This document shows positions 25,091-37,494 of a stretch of DNA of 64,000 nucleotides, piece after piece; position 1 is the first letter of the stretch; the number at the start of each line of letters is the position of its first letter. Location of the stretch: contig NC_068985.1 in assembly GCF_001194135.2 (NCBI RefSeq), positions 26,963,940 through 27,027,939 of the forward strand. The letters are read 5' to 3'. This DNA comes from Octopus bimaculoides (taxonomy: Eukaryota). The translations under genes were made by a program, and so were the position numbers. The notes under the pieces were generated by a model, which ran no database searches, had not been told where the DNA came from, and was given only the letters and a program-made list of their open reading frames with translations.

Positions 25091-26440
25091 TCTCTTCTGT
25101 CCAAAATAGGGCTACTCGCTATTTAAAAATTTTAATTTGATCACAGGTCTACTCAGTCAGGGCTGGTTGACACCTAAACAATCTTTAACTTATAGATAAG
25201 ACTAACTGCATGATAGGGTTTTTGTTTTCTACTCATGAGCATTCGTTAATGGTGAAAATAATAAATGGTAAGTCCTGACCTCCATACCTTTTCGAAAAGC
25301 ATTGATGATTATCCTGAGTGAAAACTTTCACTTGAGAACCGAGATTGTCTCGCCGAGATTTAACTACCTAAATCTACCGAGTAATTTCATTCTCACATCA
25401 TACCTCATCATGTGTAAATACAAGGGAGAACGGGAGACAGGATGTGTGATTGTTTCTAACATAAGCGCAAGATCAGACATTGGGGATTAGTGGATTAGTC
25501 GATTGAATCAACATCAGTATATGACTGACACTAGTTTATCGATCCAGAGGTAGAGTTATGAAAATAATACCGAGGATGAATAATAAACAAGGACTGAGTA
25601 ATGAAAGAAGAAACCTTCCAGGATGTGCTATACTTTATCCTAAAGGAAAATCGAAAAATCGAATCTGGCAATAGGATGTAGGGATGGACGGAACTAGAAA
25701 CTTTAATGCTTTTTAGTTTGATGATCCAGAGTTTCTGATCGTTTACCACCTTCACTCTATAACTGTATCAAGAAGTCGGAAATAAAGTGTTGCGTATGAA
25801 TATATGTATTGTTTGCTTATATGAATTAATCAGAACGGAAATATTGCACGCATGCATTTGTCTCCAGGGCTTCTTAGTCTAATGTAATCTTCTTTCTAAG
25901 ACGGACGGTGTGTAAGTTGAAAGAGTTTTCACTACAATATTTAACAAGTCGGCAATCGCAAAAGAAGAGTTTCTTAAGCCAATGATTCTTAACTATTTAT
26001 GTTCTATGACCCCATTAAAGTTATGGAAAGCACTCACACTTAGCAGCCACTAACACAAAATGTTGTATACCTGTAGTCTATAGGTCTGCCAGTCGCTTCG
26101 TTTTGTGGGTCAGCTATAACGCAGCTACTACTCTAAACGCATTGCGTTAATGTCCGTCGAGGTTATCATTTGCCTTTCATTCTTCCAGGGATATAGAAAA
26201 TAAGTACCAGTAATAAACTGGATTCCAGTCAGTCACTGTGCTCAGCGTTTACAAAACTCAGTTATGAGTCTGTTCACGCAAAATCAATAATTTTGACTTC
26301 CCTAAATTATCCGCCAACACCGCACTCCAACCATTTTCAAAGAACATCTTGTATGATGCTCTCCTTCCTGGTTAAATACGAATTGGTCCAATCAAGCCTT
26401 TTTGGTTCTGACTTTGGTCGAGCACAGCAGCAACATTTTG

Positions 26441-26800
26441 GGATCTTTCTGATTTGGCGAGCACCATTTTTTATTTATGTTTTATTTAGTGTGTTTTCTA
26501 CCGAAACACTTTAAAACTTCGTATACTTGTATATTTTGTCTTATAGAACAGAGAAAAAAATTTTATATTCGAAGTTATTTCATGTTAAAAGTTGTCGTAT
26601 TTCGGTAATTTCAACCAATCGGTGATTGGTTGAAATTACCGAAATACGACAATTTTAACACGAAATAACTTTAAAAAGATAAATTTTTCTCAATAACACT
26701 AAGAGTAAAAGATGTTTTATATGACACATTCTACCAATGTCCCAAGTTTGAAAGTGTTTCGTTAAGAAAACAAGTGGCGCCCGCCAAATCAGAAAGATCC
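26441..26800. mobile_element. 360-bp fold-back MITE with 8-bp TSD
   Basis: TIRs ggatctttctgatttggcg and cgccaaatcagaaagatcc. acattttg is duplicated at 26433-26440 and 26801-26808. A near-perfect internal palindrome is centred at 26622. Confidence 0.85.
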
Positions 26801-27407
26801 ACATTTTGCAGTGTTTAGTGCCGTCGCTGCAATTCGAGGTGCAAAAATCTGCTTCAATGAACTCAGTCCGAGTGTAAGCTAGAACGATGATGATGATAAT
26901 GATGATGTTCCGCCGAAATTAACTTCGTTTTTTATCCCTCCAAAGCCGATAAAGATACGTATGTATCATAAACATACTGGCCCCATTCAGACGACTAATG
27001 TTCAAGGTTTACAGAAACAGGACTTCAATCTGTTCAGTAGACGAGAGATTACAATTTGCTCTGTCAATATTTATATTTTCTTTAATAATGTCGATAGTGA
27101 TGTATCAGTCTGCTTAGTTCTTGATATTTGATCAACACTGGTCGTCTGCAAACGCGTGCGCGCGTGTGTGTACGTGCGCGATCTGAATATGTTGATAATA
27201 AAATACAAAAAATAAGGCGTGTAGGGAAACAAAAACAGGAAACTTCACTACAATGTGACATTAATGTTAATGCATTATAAAGATCTAATAAAGTGATAAA
27301 CATTGCTTACACACATTCACTGCTAATGCGCGATCTTTATACACACACAGACGCACACACGAGTACACACACACACACACACATACATACATACATACAT
27401 ACATACA

Positions 27408-27438
<31 letters not shown>

Positions 27439-27764
27439 GTACGTACGTACGTGTCTTTCTTAACCAGTTTGTATAACTGTCCTTTATATTCCTCCCTCTC
27501 CAGCTTCCGTTTTCTTTCTCTCAATCCGACTATACAAACATTTCTGAGCCTTTCAAAATATCTCGAGGCACGTTTAAGCGTGTGTGTATGTAAGCATATA
27601 TACATACATATGTGTGAACGCTTATATGGGAGTGGTATTTTTGTCTTGTAGTTTATAACCTAGTTAAGTATCAGAGAGGAAATTAAACAGAATTACTAGC
27701 CCCCCTCTTTTCATACAATTTTTCTTTAGTAATGATTAAATCTTCTATCTTTTATTTTTGTTTG

Positions 27765-27992
27765 TTTCATAGTCATTTGACTGCGGCCATGCTGGGGCAC
27801 CGCCTTGAAGGGTTTTAGACGAACAACTCGACCACAGTACTTCTTTATATTTTTATATCCTGGTACTTATTCTATTGGTCTCCTTTTGCCGAACCACTAA
27901 GTCACGGGAACGTAAACTCACCAACACAGGTTGTCAAGCGGTGACAGGGGACAAACACAGACATATATACATATGCATACATACACAGAGAT

Positions 27993-28063
<71 letters not shown>

Positions 28064-28271
28064 CGACGAGCTTCTTTCAGTTTCCATCAACCAAATCCAC
28101 TCACAAGGGTTACTATTATGGCCCATTTTGACAAATCAATAATCCCCCACCGGTTGTCATGCGGTGTGGAGGACAAACAAACACACACANNNNNNNNNNN
28201 NNNNNNNNNNNNNNNNNNNNNNNNNNNNNNNNNNNNNNNNNNNNNNNNNNNNNNNNNNNNNNNNNNNNNNN

Positions 28272-28340
<69 letters not shown>

Positions 28341-28390
28341 CGATGAACTTCTTTTAGTTTCCGTCTACCAAATCCACCCACAAGACTTTG
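27765..28390 (-). mobile_element. SINE family B copies (one complete to mid-head, one spanning a gap)
   Basis: gtcatttgactgcggccatgctgg ... (CA)n(TA)n ... cgacgagcttctttcagtttcc. A second head lies at 28335-28390. Confidence 0.85.
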
Positions 28391-28896
28391 GGTGTTTTTC
28401 TTTATTAGCTACAAGAGCTCAAAGAAGATTATAAAAAAATACAACCAACGTTGTTACAGAATATAAGACTTGAAAAACGTAGCTCGACAAAGTTGTATAA
28501 AAGCGAAGGAAGAGTGAAGTAAACCAGATATAAATGTAAAATGAAATAATGCACACAATAATTAAACAGGACGTTACTTAATTTTGAAAAGCGTGTAAAA
28601 CATTTTCGTTTACTCGCCCTAACACGGCTCGGAACAATATGGCCAGTTTTGGTCGGTGCCTACTACAACTCTGCCCTTCCATCATTCTTTGTAGAGTTCT
28701 GGTGTACTCAAAGACACTTGTTAGAATTTTGGAGCTTGGGTAGGTTAGGCGTAGCCCAATGTGCTTGGGTACTTTACCGTAGCTATATTTTCGAGATGAG
28801 CACTTTATAATACGCTGACGTTCGCATGTTTAAAAGCGTCTTCCGAAAACATTTCACCTAAAATTTCGGAAGATGTTTTAATATACACCTCTACGA

Positions 28897-29116
28897 AAGC
28901 GGCGAGCTGGCAGAACTGTTAGCATGTTGGGCAAAATAATGCTTCGCCGCATCACGTCCGTCTTTGCGTTCGGAGATTAAATTCAGCCGAGTTCGACTTC
29001 ACTTTTTATCCTTTCAGAGTTGATAAAATAAGTACCGATTGAGCACTGGGATCGATGTAATCGACTTATCCCATCCCCCGAATTTGCTGGCCTTCTGCCA
29101 ACATTTAAAACCAATA
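28897..29116 (+). mobile_element. SINE family A
   Basis: gcggcgagctggcagaa...ttgataaaataagtacc...tgctggccttctgcc..atttaaaacc. Confidence 0.88.
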
Positions 29117-29119
29117 TAT

Positions 29120-29880
29120 ATAACTACTGCGTCTTCGCTTCCTCCTGTCATACTGCTGTGAACCTCATGACACTTTCCGGATCCGGATCCGGAGGAGGAG
29201 GAGTCTCCTCATCCTTTTTCTCGCTTTCGTTGGCATTCACTTTTTGTGGGGAGGGGCATTGATTGCTATGGTTGAGGGATGGGATGTCTGTCCACCTATT
29301 TCCAGGACTGGGAATTAGCTGGGCTTCTTCGCCATTTCCGGAGCTGTGACGGATAGTGCTATAGAAACTGGGGTCTGCTGGTCTTGTAGTTTACTCGGGA
29401 GCTCACGGCTGCTTTCCTCACTCCTCCAGTTCTTTGAGGCAAAAGTCCCTCAAATGGCCTTTACTGCCACATATATCATAACTAGACCTTTTGAAATACA
29501 TCGTCAACCTCATACTCTTTGTTTCGGCGCTCTCAACTAGGCAGATCTCTGGTATGGCCATGTTGTGCGTTCTAGGATTCAAAAGTTCATCTAACCCCTC
29601 CCACATATCACCTCAAATAACTCTTGCACTAACCACACGTCTATACTGCGAAACAAAGATAACGAGCACGGGTCAATATCGTTGCCAATGCCCTTGGCTT
29701 TCGCTTCTATAATTTTCTGCTCTAAACGATGGAGTAGATGTATATCTAACTGTTTCAGCCTGTGTTTTGGCTGAGTGCCCGGTCCTGAAAGCACAGCAGA
29801 GCACAACAGTCACGTAAGCCTTTCCACGATTAATCTAAAAACTTTCTACCAATATTTCGTGGGGTGCTTCTTCTAGTTGC
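29120..29880 (-). mobile_element. Gag-like ORF1 remnant of an L1/Tx1-type LINE
   Basis: Minus strand reads ..YDICGSKGHLRDFC, a CCHC zinc knuckle with the first Cys changed to Tyr. It is followed by a Pro/acidic low-complexity tract (ETPPPPDPDPES). GC-richer than the flanks and interrupted by stops. Confidence 0.55.
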
Positions 29881-30291
29881 TCTTAGGAAGGGAGGTGGAA
29901 ACACCTACTATCCTAGGCATTATCTTTCCTGACTAATTTATTTGACTATGTCTGAATGTTGTTGTCGTTGTAACCGTCAGCATGTAGAATACTTAAACTA
30001 TTCGAAATAATTTATTTTTCACTTAAATAGTCATTACTTATTTCTTTTTGTCGCAAGTGTTCAGTCTACGGTCTAATTTGCTTTTAATGTCTTTTTCTTT
30101 GTTTTGTGCTCTGACTTATGATCAATGGTCAAACCATGGTCATCCGTCTTTTGTGACTACATATACAATCCATGTTACCTTTTCCTTTTTAAAACGATAA
30201 GATGTGATTTGAGAGAGATCTACTGCTATCTCTAGCAGTTCGAGCGACGACGTCATGGTTTCTTCATTGGTGCCCTGGGTATTGTACATAA

Positions 30292-30645
30292 ATCAGGTCA
30301 TTAAGAATGAAACGTCCGATTTTGAACTGAAAGTTTATTTTACTTTATCTCAACAAAAAGCAATGCACCTAAATTATCAACACAATTTTGCCATTTTATC
30401 AGTAGCTGATTCATGCCGGCAGCGAAGAATTCTGGAGAGCAAGAGGTGATGAAATTATGAAAGGCTGTTTTTGCATCTTCTTCAGATTTGAAGTTTTTCC
30501 TTGGAAAAAATTGTCTAATGCCTGGAAAAAGTGACAGTCAGTTGGTGCAAGGTCCGATGAATATGGTGGATGACAGAGTACCTCCAAGTTCAGTTCCTAT
30601 AACTTGAGTAGCGTTCTTTGTGCAACGTGTGGTCGAGCATTGTCT
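30292..30645 (-). mobile_element. Mariner transposase C-terminal fragment with terminal repeat
   Basis: DNARPHVAQRTLLKL*ELNLEVLCHPPYSSDLAPTDCHFFQALDNF...GMNQLLIKWQNCV. Confidence 0.88.
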
Positions 30646-30758
30646 TGTGTGTGTGTGTGTGTGTGTGTGTGTCTGGGGAGAGTCATTTTCTTTTTGTGCC
30701 TTATAATTTAGCACACTCACCGGTAAAATGTCCACTTATTTCTTATTTTTATTTTCCT
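30639..30758 (-). mobile_element. Fragment of the hammerhead-bearing repeat seen at 35817-35990
   Basis: About 75 nt are roughly 80% identical by eye to the reverse complement of 35901-35975. A short piece also lies at 33546-33588. Confidence 0.75.
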
Positions 30759-31174
30759 CTTGTTCAGAATCGTTAGAAAGAGGTCCTCTGTTCGAAATGA
30801 AGGCAATAAAACCAGAAGGTATCGTAGAGATTGCATTGGTCTTGATGCTTAGATACAGGAGAAAAAAGTCAACTGCATCCCCAGAAAAGAAAAATTAATA
30901 TTTGCAACGTCTATAATAGGAAAACTATATGACAATAAGAAAAATTAGGTCAAATAGTGAGGCAACTACTCCCTTAACTGTCCAAAACTCCTTGCATCAA
31001 CAGGATCAGCATCTTAGTGTGGGGGATAACGAGCAGACAACATGTCATGTGACGAGCCAATAATCACAATTTTTATTCAAGTTAAAAGCTAAAAATTTAT
31101 TCTTATCTCTTCCCTAATAATATTTCTCTTCAAATGTTTTGTATGTGTACCGTACTGATATATATATATATATA

Positions 31175-31404
31175 CAGGTTGGCCCAAAAGTAGGTTTACA
31201 GTTTTTCAACTATCTCTTTCGCATTCATATATTAACAGTTTAGATCCTATAAAAAAACAAAATGAAACCATTATTCTATGCTAATTTAATTTTGTCAAGC
31301 TCCCATTTCAGTTTGTAAGATAAAAATTTAAATGTAATAAAATGTTTTAAGAGAAATTTAAAGTGCCTACGTGATAACTGTAAACCTACTTTTGAGCCAC
31401 CCTG
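31175..31404. mobile_element. Tc1/mariner-type MITE (230 bp)
   Basis: TIRs caggttggcccaaaagtaggtttacagtt and aactgtaaacctacttttgagccaccctg, preceded by TA. Confidence 0.85.
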
Positions 31405-32121
31405 TGTGTGTGTATATATATATATATANNNNNNNNNNNNNNNNNNNNNNNNNNNNNNNNNNNNNNNNNNNNNNNNNNNNNNNNNNNNNNNNNNNNNNNN
31501 NNNNNNNNNNNNNNNNNNNNNNNNNNNNNNNNNNNNNNNNNNNNNNNNNNNNNNNNNNNNNNNNNNNNNNNNNNNNNNNNNNNNNNNNNNNNNNNNNNNN
31601 NNNNNNNNNNNNNNNNNNNNNNNNNNNNNNNNNNNNNNNNNNNNNNNNNNNNNNNNNNNNNNNNNNNNNNNNNNNNNNNNNNNNNNNNNNNNNNNNNNNN
31701 NNNNNNNNNNNNNNNNNNNNNNNNNNNNNNNNNNNNNNNNNNNNNNNNNNNNNNNNNNNNNNNNNNNNNNNNNNNNNNNNNNNNNNNNNNNNNNNNNNNN
31801 NNNNNNNNNNNNNNNNNNNNNNNNNNNNNNNNNNNNNNNNNNNNNNNNNNNNNNNNNNNNNNNNNNNNNNNNNNNNNNNNNNNNNNNNNNNNNNNNNNNN
31901 NNNNNNNNNNNNNNNNNNNNNNNNNNNNNNNNNNNNNNNNNNNNNNNNNNNNNNNNNNNNNNNNNNNNNNNNNNNNNNNNNNNNNNNNNNNNNNNNNNNN
32001 NNNNNNNNNNNNNNNNNNNNNNNNNNNNNNNNNNNNNNNNNNNNNNNNNNNNNNNNNNNNNNNNNNNNNNNNNNNNNNNNNNNNNNNNNNNNNNNNNNNN
32101 NNNNNNNNNNNNNNNNNNNNN

Positions 32122-32149
<28 letters not shown>

Positions 32150-32152
<3 letters not shown>

Positions 32153-32430
32153 TACGACGGGCTTCTTTCAGTTTCCGTCTACCAAATCCATCCACAGGGC
32201 TTTGGTGGGCCCGAGGCTATAGTAGAAGACACTTGCCCAAAGTGTCACGCTGTGGGACTGAACTCGGAACCATGTGGTTGGGAAGCAAGGTACTTACCGC
32301 ACAGCCACTCCTATATATATATACGACAGGCTTCTTTCAGGTTCCGTCTACCAAATTCACTCACAAGGCTCAAGGTGCCACGCAGTGGGATTGAACCTGG
32401 AACCATGTGGTTTGGACCTCTTACTACACA
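32150..32430 (-). mobile_element. Two tandem SINE family B heads
   Basis: cgacgggcttctttcagtttccgtctacc... occurs at 32156 and 32324. Confidence 0.85.
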
Positions 32431-32838
32431 GCGTGCATATGATGATTTAGTAGTATTGTAAATAGTTATTTAATACGTAAGAATGAGTAACTACCACCAT
32501 CGTCACCACCACCACCATCACCAAAAAAACTTCTTAGGAACACATGTCAATTTATAACATGAAAACCTTTAGGGAAACGAGCATCACGTTACAGAATCCT
32601 ATGTTGCGACAAAGTTTTCAGAAACGCAGCACATCCGTAACGCGGGTAATTTAAACATATCCATGCACATACACACATGTATTGTATATGTCCAGACGTT
32701 TATATATATGACAACGAAAAAGTGTCGTTGGTTGAGATCAAGCCTCATCGTGTGCACATGGACATATTTGTTTTGTTTACTATCTATAAATGCAATCGGC
32801 CACCAGTTGCCCGTTGCTCATCCACTGTTGTCTGTTTA

Positions 32839-33092
32839 CAGTAATCCCTCGGTTCACCTATCGCAGTTTATTATCCAAGCTTACGTCGATTCCTCCGTGC
32901 TGTTGATTTGCATTTATAATAAAATAAATATATACAAATTATAAAAATAATAATAACAAGTATATACAGTACAGTACTGTTTCTACTTCGCGGATGTTCA
33001 CTTATCGCGTTGGGGGGNNNNNNNNNNNNNNNNNNNNNNNNNNNNNNNNNNNNNNNNNNNNNGGGGAGACACGCGATGGTCGAGTATTACTG
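32839..33092. mobile_element. pogo/Tigger-like MITE
   Basis: TA-cagtaatccctcg ... cgagtattactg-TA. Confidence 0.65.
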
Positions 33093-33244
33093 TATTCGAT
33101 CGTTGTATGTGCTCTTGCACGCGTATGTATGTATATATATATATGCGTGTGTGTGTGTGCATGTACGTATGTATACATATGACTGTGTGTGTATATATAT
33201 GTGTGTATATATATGTGTGTATATATATGTGTGTATATATATAT

Positions 33245-33640
33245 CTTTTACTCTTTTACTTGTTTCACTCATTTGACTGCGGCCATGCTGGAGCCCCGCC
33301 TTTAGTCGAGCAAATCGACCCCAGGATTTATTTTTTGTAAGCCTATTACTTATTCTATCGGATCTCTTTTGCCAAACCGCTAATGTTACGAGGACATAAA
33401 CACACCAGCATCGGTTGTCAAGTGATGTTGGGTGGACAAACACAGACACACAAACATATACACACACACATATATACCACGTGCTTCTTTCAGTTTCCGT
33501 CTACCAAATCCATTCACAAGGCTTTGGTCGGCCCGGGGCTATAGTATTGTCTTGTGTGTGTGTGTGTGTGTCTGGGGAGAGTCATTTTCACTTGCCCAAC
33601 ACGCAGCCACTCCTCCGCCTGCTTACCACACAGCCACTCC
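33245..33640 (-). mobile_element. SINE family B with a 43-bp foreign insert in its head
   Basis: Tail 33245-33470 and head 33480-33640. 33546-33588 replaces the usual gaaga. Confidence 0.88.
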
Positions 33641-33763
33641 TTCAAAACCCTTATTTAAAATTTTAATATAAGTTAACCATTATGATATTTTTAGCATGCT
33701 GGCCACTAATAAATTCATTAAATAATGATTTTATCCTAATTATGTATATATATTTAATATATT

Positions 33764-35056
33764 GGCGCAGGAGTGGCTGTGTGTAGCCAGGGGTTAGTTA
33801 ACTTTTTTTGTTACCACCTCAGTAGTAAGATCAGGCTGGAGAAGAGGTACCTGTCACGAGACATTCATGAGAAGATGGAAGNNNNNNNNNNGGAGAAGAG
33901 GTACCTGTCACGAGACATTCATGAGAAGATGGAAGCCTGTGGCGAGGAAGCTGGGAGTGTTTGGCTCCAGGTAAGTGGAAGCCAAAAACGAGGGAAAGAA
34001 AAAGCAAGCGTCTACCCTGGAGGTCGATGCCTATCCTTCAGGAAAGCCATTACAAATTGCATCTGTAATGAGCAATGCTTCAATCGAACATTGTAAATAT
34101 AATCCAATTATTATTGTATATTTAAAATTGTAAATATTTAATCGATACAGCTACTTCACCCCCTTTATGTTGGTCTGTCCTTGTTCGTCCCCTCTTTGTA
34201 ATGCCTTTATGGCAAATATTTATGAAATAAAGTAGCTTGCTTACCAACTACATGGTTCCGAGTTCAGTCCCACTGCGTGGCATCTTGGGCAAGTGTCTTC
34301 TACTATAGCCTCGAGCCGACCAAAGCCTTGTGAGTGAATTTGGTAGACGGAAACTGAAAGAAGCCCNNNNNNNNNNNNNNNNNNNNNNNNNNNNNNNNNN
34401 NNNNNNNNNNNNNNNNNNNNNNNNNNNNNNNNNNNNNNNNNNNNNNNNNNNNNNNNNNNNNNNNNNNNNNNNNNNNNNNNNNNNNNNNNNNNNNNNNNNN
34501 NNNNNNNNNNNNNNNNNNNNNNNNNNNNNNNNNNNNNNNNNNNNNNNNNNNNNNNNNNNNNNNNNNNNNNNNNNNNNNNNNNNNNNNNNNNNNNNNNNNN
34601 NNNNNNNNNNNNNNNNNNNNNNNNNNNNNNNNNNNNNNNNNNNNNNNNNNNNNNNNNNNNNNNNNNNNNNNNNNNNNNNNNNNNNNNNNNNNNNNNNNNN
34701 NNNNNNNNNNNNNNNNNNNNNNNNNNNNNNNNNNNNNNNNNNNNNNNNNNNNNNNNNNNNNNNNNNNNNNNNNNNNNNNNNNNNNNNNNNNNNNNNNNNN
34801 NNNNNNNNNNNNNNNNNNNNNNNNNNNNNNNNNNNNNNNNNNNNNNNNNNNNNNNNNNNNNNNNNNNNNNNNNNNNNNNNNNNNNNNGTATACCCAGATT
34901 ACATATACTCCATCTCCACCTAGCGATTCGGCAAAAGCGGCCGATAGAATAAGTACTAGGCTTACAAAGAATAAGTCCTGGGGTCGATTTGCTCGACTAA
35001 AGGCGGTGCTCCAGCATGGCCGCAGTCATATGACGGAAACAAGTAAAAGAGTAAAA
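33764..35056 (+). mobile_element. SINE family B split by a LINE insertion and a gap
   Basis: ggcgcaggagtggctgtgtg (33764-33783) resumes as aagtagcttgcttaccaac at 34230. The head runs to 34366, then a gap, then the tail 34920-35056. Confidence 0.88.
33784..34229 (+). mobile_element. 5'-truncated L1/Tx1-like LINE 3' end
   Basis: QGLVNFFCYHLSSKIRLEKRYLSRD, then a shift to FMRRWKPVARKLGVFGSR-stop, then a 3' UTR ending aaataaa. The 44-bp duplication across the 10-N gap is probably an assembly artefact. Confidence 0.55.
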
Positions 35057-35064
35057 GAATATAT

Positions 35065-35101
<37 letters not shown>

Positions 35102-35485
35102 CAGAGAGTCGGAGAGAGGCAGACAGACGGATGGACGGACGGACAGGCGCATGCATGTGTGTGTATGTGTAGTGTGTGTGTGTGTGTGTGTGTGATGGAC
35201 TCTCTCGTCAAAGACGACCCATGAGCGTTATGCTTTTGCCGAACGACCTGCACAAATCGACAGATTATGAACAAGTGTCGACGTGAGCGCAGAGCAACGA
35301 GAGATGAAATGTTGTCTCAATAACAAAACACACCACCCGGTCTAGGAATTGAAATCACGATCTAGGGATCATGAGTGCAACACCCTACACACTAAGCCGT
35401 GTGTATATCTATATGTGTGTGTGTGTGTGTGTCTGTGTGTACATACATGCATACATACATACATTCACTACACGTACATACGTCC

Positions 35486-35519
<34 letters not shown>

Positions 35520-35865
35520 TTCAAACAATGAAACTAATTGATAATTTGGCTCTCATGGCATTATAATATTCTATCTATCTATCTATCCATCCATCTATCT
35601 ATATATATATATAGAGAGAGAGATAGAGAGAGAGATAGACTCTCAAACCTTCGGCAAAATGGCTTGTATCGAGCATATGTATACGTCTGCGAGGATGTAT
35701 ATGTAGTTCGTGTGTGTGTGTATTTGAGTGAGAGTATGCTCTATGTTTCTGTGTGGTGTGTGTGTGTCTGAATGAGTGTGTACAATATGTATACACGCAA
35801 ATACAAATGCAAGTATATAAGACAATAATAACGGAAAGAGGTGTAAATAACGGACAGAGTTAAGA

Positions 35866-35902
35866 CTATTGAAAGGGTTGCAAGACGCAACGAAATTTTT
35901 AG
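35866..35902 (+). ncRNA. Decayed minimal hammerhead motif, U3-A8 variant
   Basis: cta TTGAAAG g gttgc aagac gcaac GAAA tttt tag. Stem II is a perfect 5 bp and stem I is 3 bp. Confidence 0.5.
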
Positions 35903-36177
35903 GAAAATAAAAATAAGAAATAAGTTGGAAATTTTACCCGTGGGTGTGTTAAATTTTAAAGCACAATAAGAAAAGAAACAACGGAAAGCTTTAAAAATAT
36001 ACAAAAGCTTCGTGACTTCTTGTGTTTATTTACTCGCTTCGTAGCGTGTTGACGAGAGAGCGTCTTCGCGGTCGCTTAGCCTGCTAGATGTAGCAGCTAA
36101 ATCTCCTCTCAAGTCAGACAGCAAAATGAAGGGAGACACCTTGCAGTGCTTGATATTTAATAAATGAATAAATATAC

Positions 36178-36383
36178 TTTTCTACTGTAGGCACAAGGTC
36201 CGAAATTTGGGGGGGGGGAGCCAATCGATTAGATCGACCCCAGTACGTAACTGGTACTTAATTTATCGACCCCGAATGGATGAAAGGCAAAGTTGACCTC
36301 AGAGGGAATTTGAACTCAGAACATAAAGACAGACGAAATACCGCTAAGCATTTCGCCCGGTGTGCTAACGAGCCAACTCGCTG
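36178..36383 (-). mobile_element. SINE family A
   Basis: ggtacttaatttatcgaccccgaatggatgaaaggcaaagttgacc...gaatttgaactcagaac. Confidence 0.9.
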
Positions 36384-36928
36384 TTCATTAATAAATGAAT
36401 AAATATATAAACATGATGTTCACGGTCGGAACGTCTTTCTCCATGAATCGGTCTGCTCGGCTATACCTGAGAGCAAGGCTAAAGATCAAATTATTTTTAG
36501 TGGAGCCAACGAAGAAACAACTCTCAAGCGATAACTCGACCAGTTAAAAATAGCAACCAAATCTCCCACAGATCTTCATTTTACCATCTTAATAGAAGGG
36601 ATAGTCATGCATATAAAAAGAGAGAGAAAGAAAGAAAAAATGAAAGAAAGAAAGAAAGAGACGGGATGAGCACAGCTGGAATATATAATAAAGTTTGTCT
36701 TGTCTGCTCCAACGGGGCTGACCTAAGGGCAAACAAACCGCAAGTCGTTTCATAGATATGCTCTGTGAGTATGTGCTTGTGTGTGCGTGCGAGCGAGTGT
36801 GTGTGTGTGGTGAGAAATTTCTTACTGTGCCAAGACAACAGCAGAAAATCAGTGTAGGGATGTTTATGGACCACTCTGTGAAAAAAAGACTGGTTAAAAA
36901 ATGTGAGAATTGGAACGTTCTTAGATTT

Positions 36929-36991
<63 letters not shown>

Positions 36992-37460
36992 TTGTGCATC
37001 TTTTTTAGAATGTGCAACAAATATGTGCGCATATGTATGTGTGTATGTGTGTGTGTATATGTTCATCGGACAGTTTTGTTAGAAACAAAACTGTCCGATG
37101 AACGGGAACGTGAAACTCTGAGTACCAGCTTTTTGTTATATTTCTGCTGCTTTTATATAAAGCATATTACTCTACCCTTGGTATTTGAGTACTCTTTTTT
37201 CCACCTTGTTGCACATTTTATGTGCTTACTCCAGTATATATATATACATACACACACACACACATACACACAGGGCTGTATGTATGTAGAGTATATTACA
37301 TGCAGTATATGCAGAAATAGATATGCCTCTCTCTCGCCATATCGTTATATATATATATATAAGGTGGTGCTCCAGCATGGCTACAGTCAAATGACTGAAA
37401 CAAGTAAAATATATATATGTATATATCGAAAGATATATACATAAGCAAACTAGCTAGTTG

Positions 37461-37494
<34 letters not shown>

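Noticed and set aside
30639-33588. Idea that 33546-33588 is a locally templated copy of 30639-30689
   Set aside because: Both pieces are more simply explained as fragments of one dispersed repeat family also seen at 35817-35990.
33838-33935. 44-bp direct repeat that could look CRISPR-like
   Set aside because: There are only two identical copies, either side of a 10-N gap. This is a typical contig-overlap artefact in a eukaryotic LINE fragment. No CRISPR array or cas genes occur anywhere.
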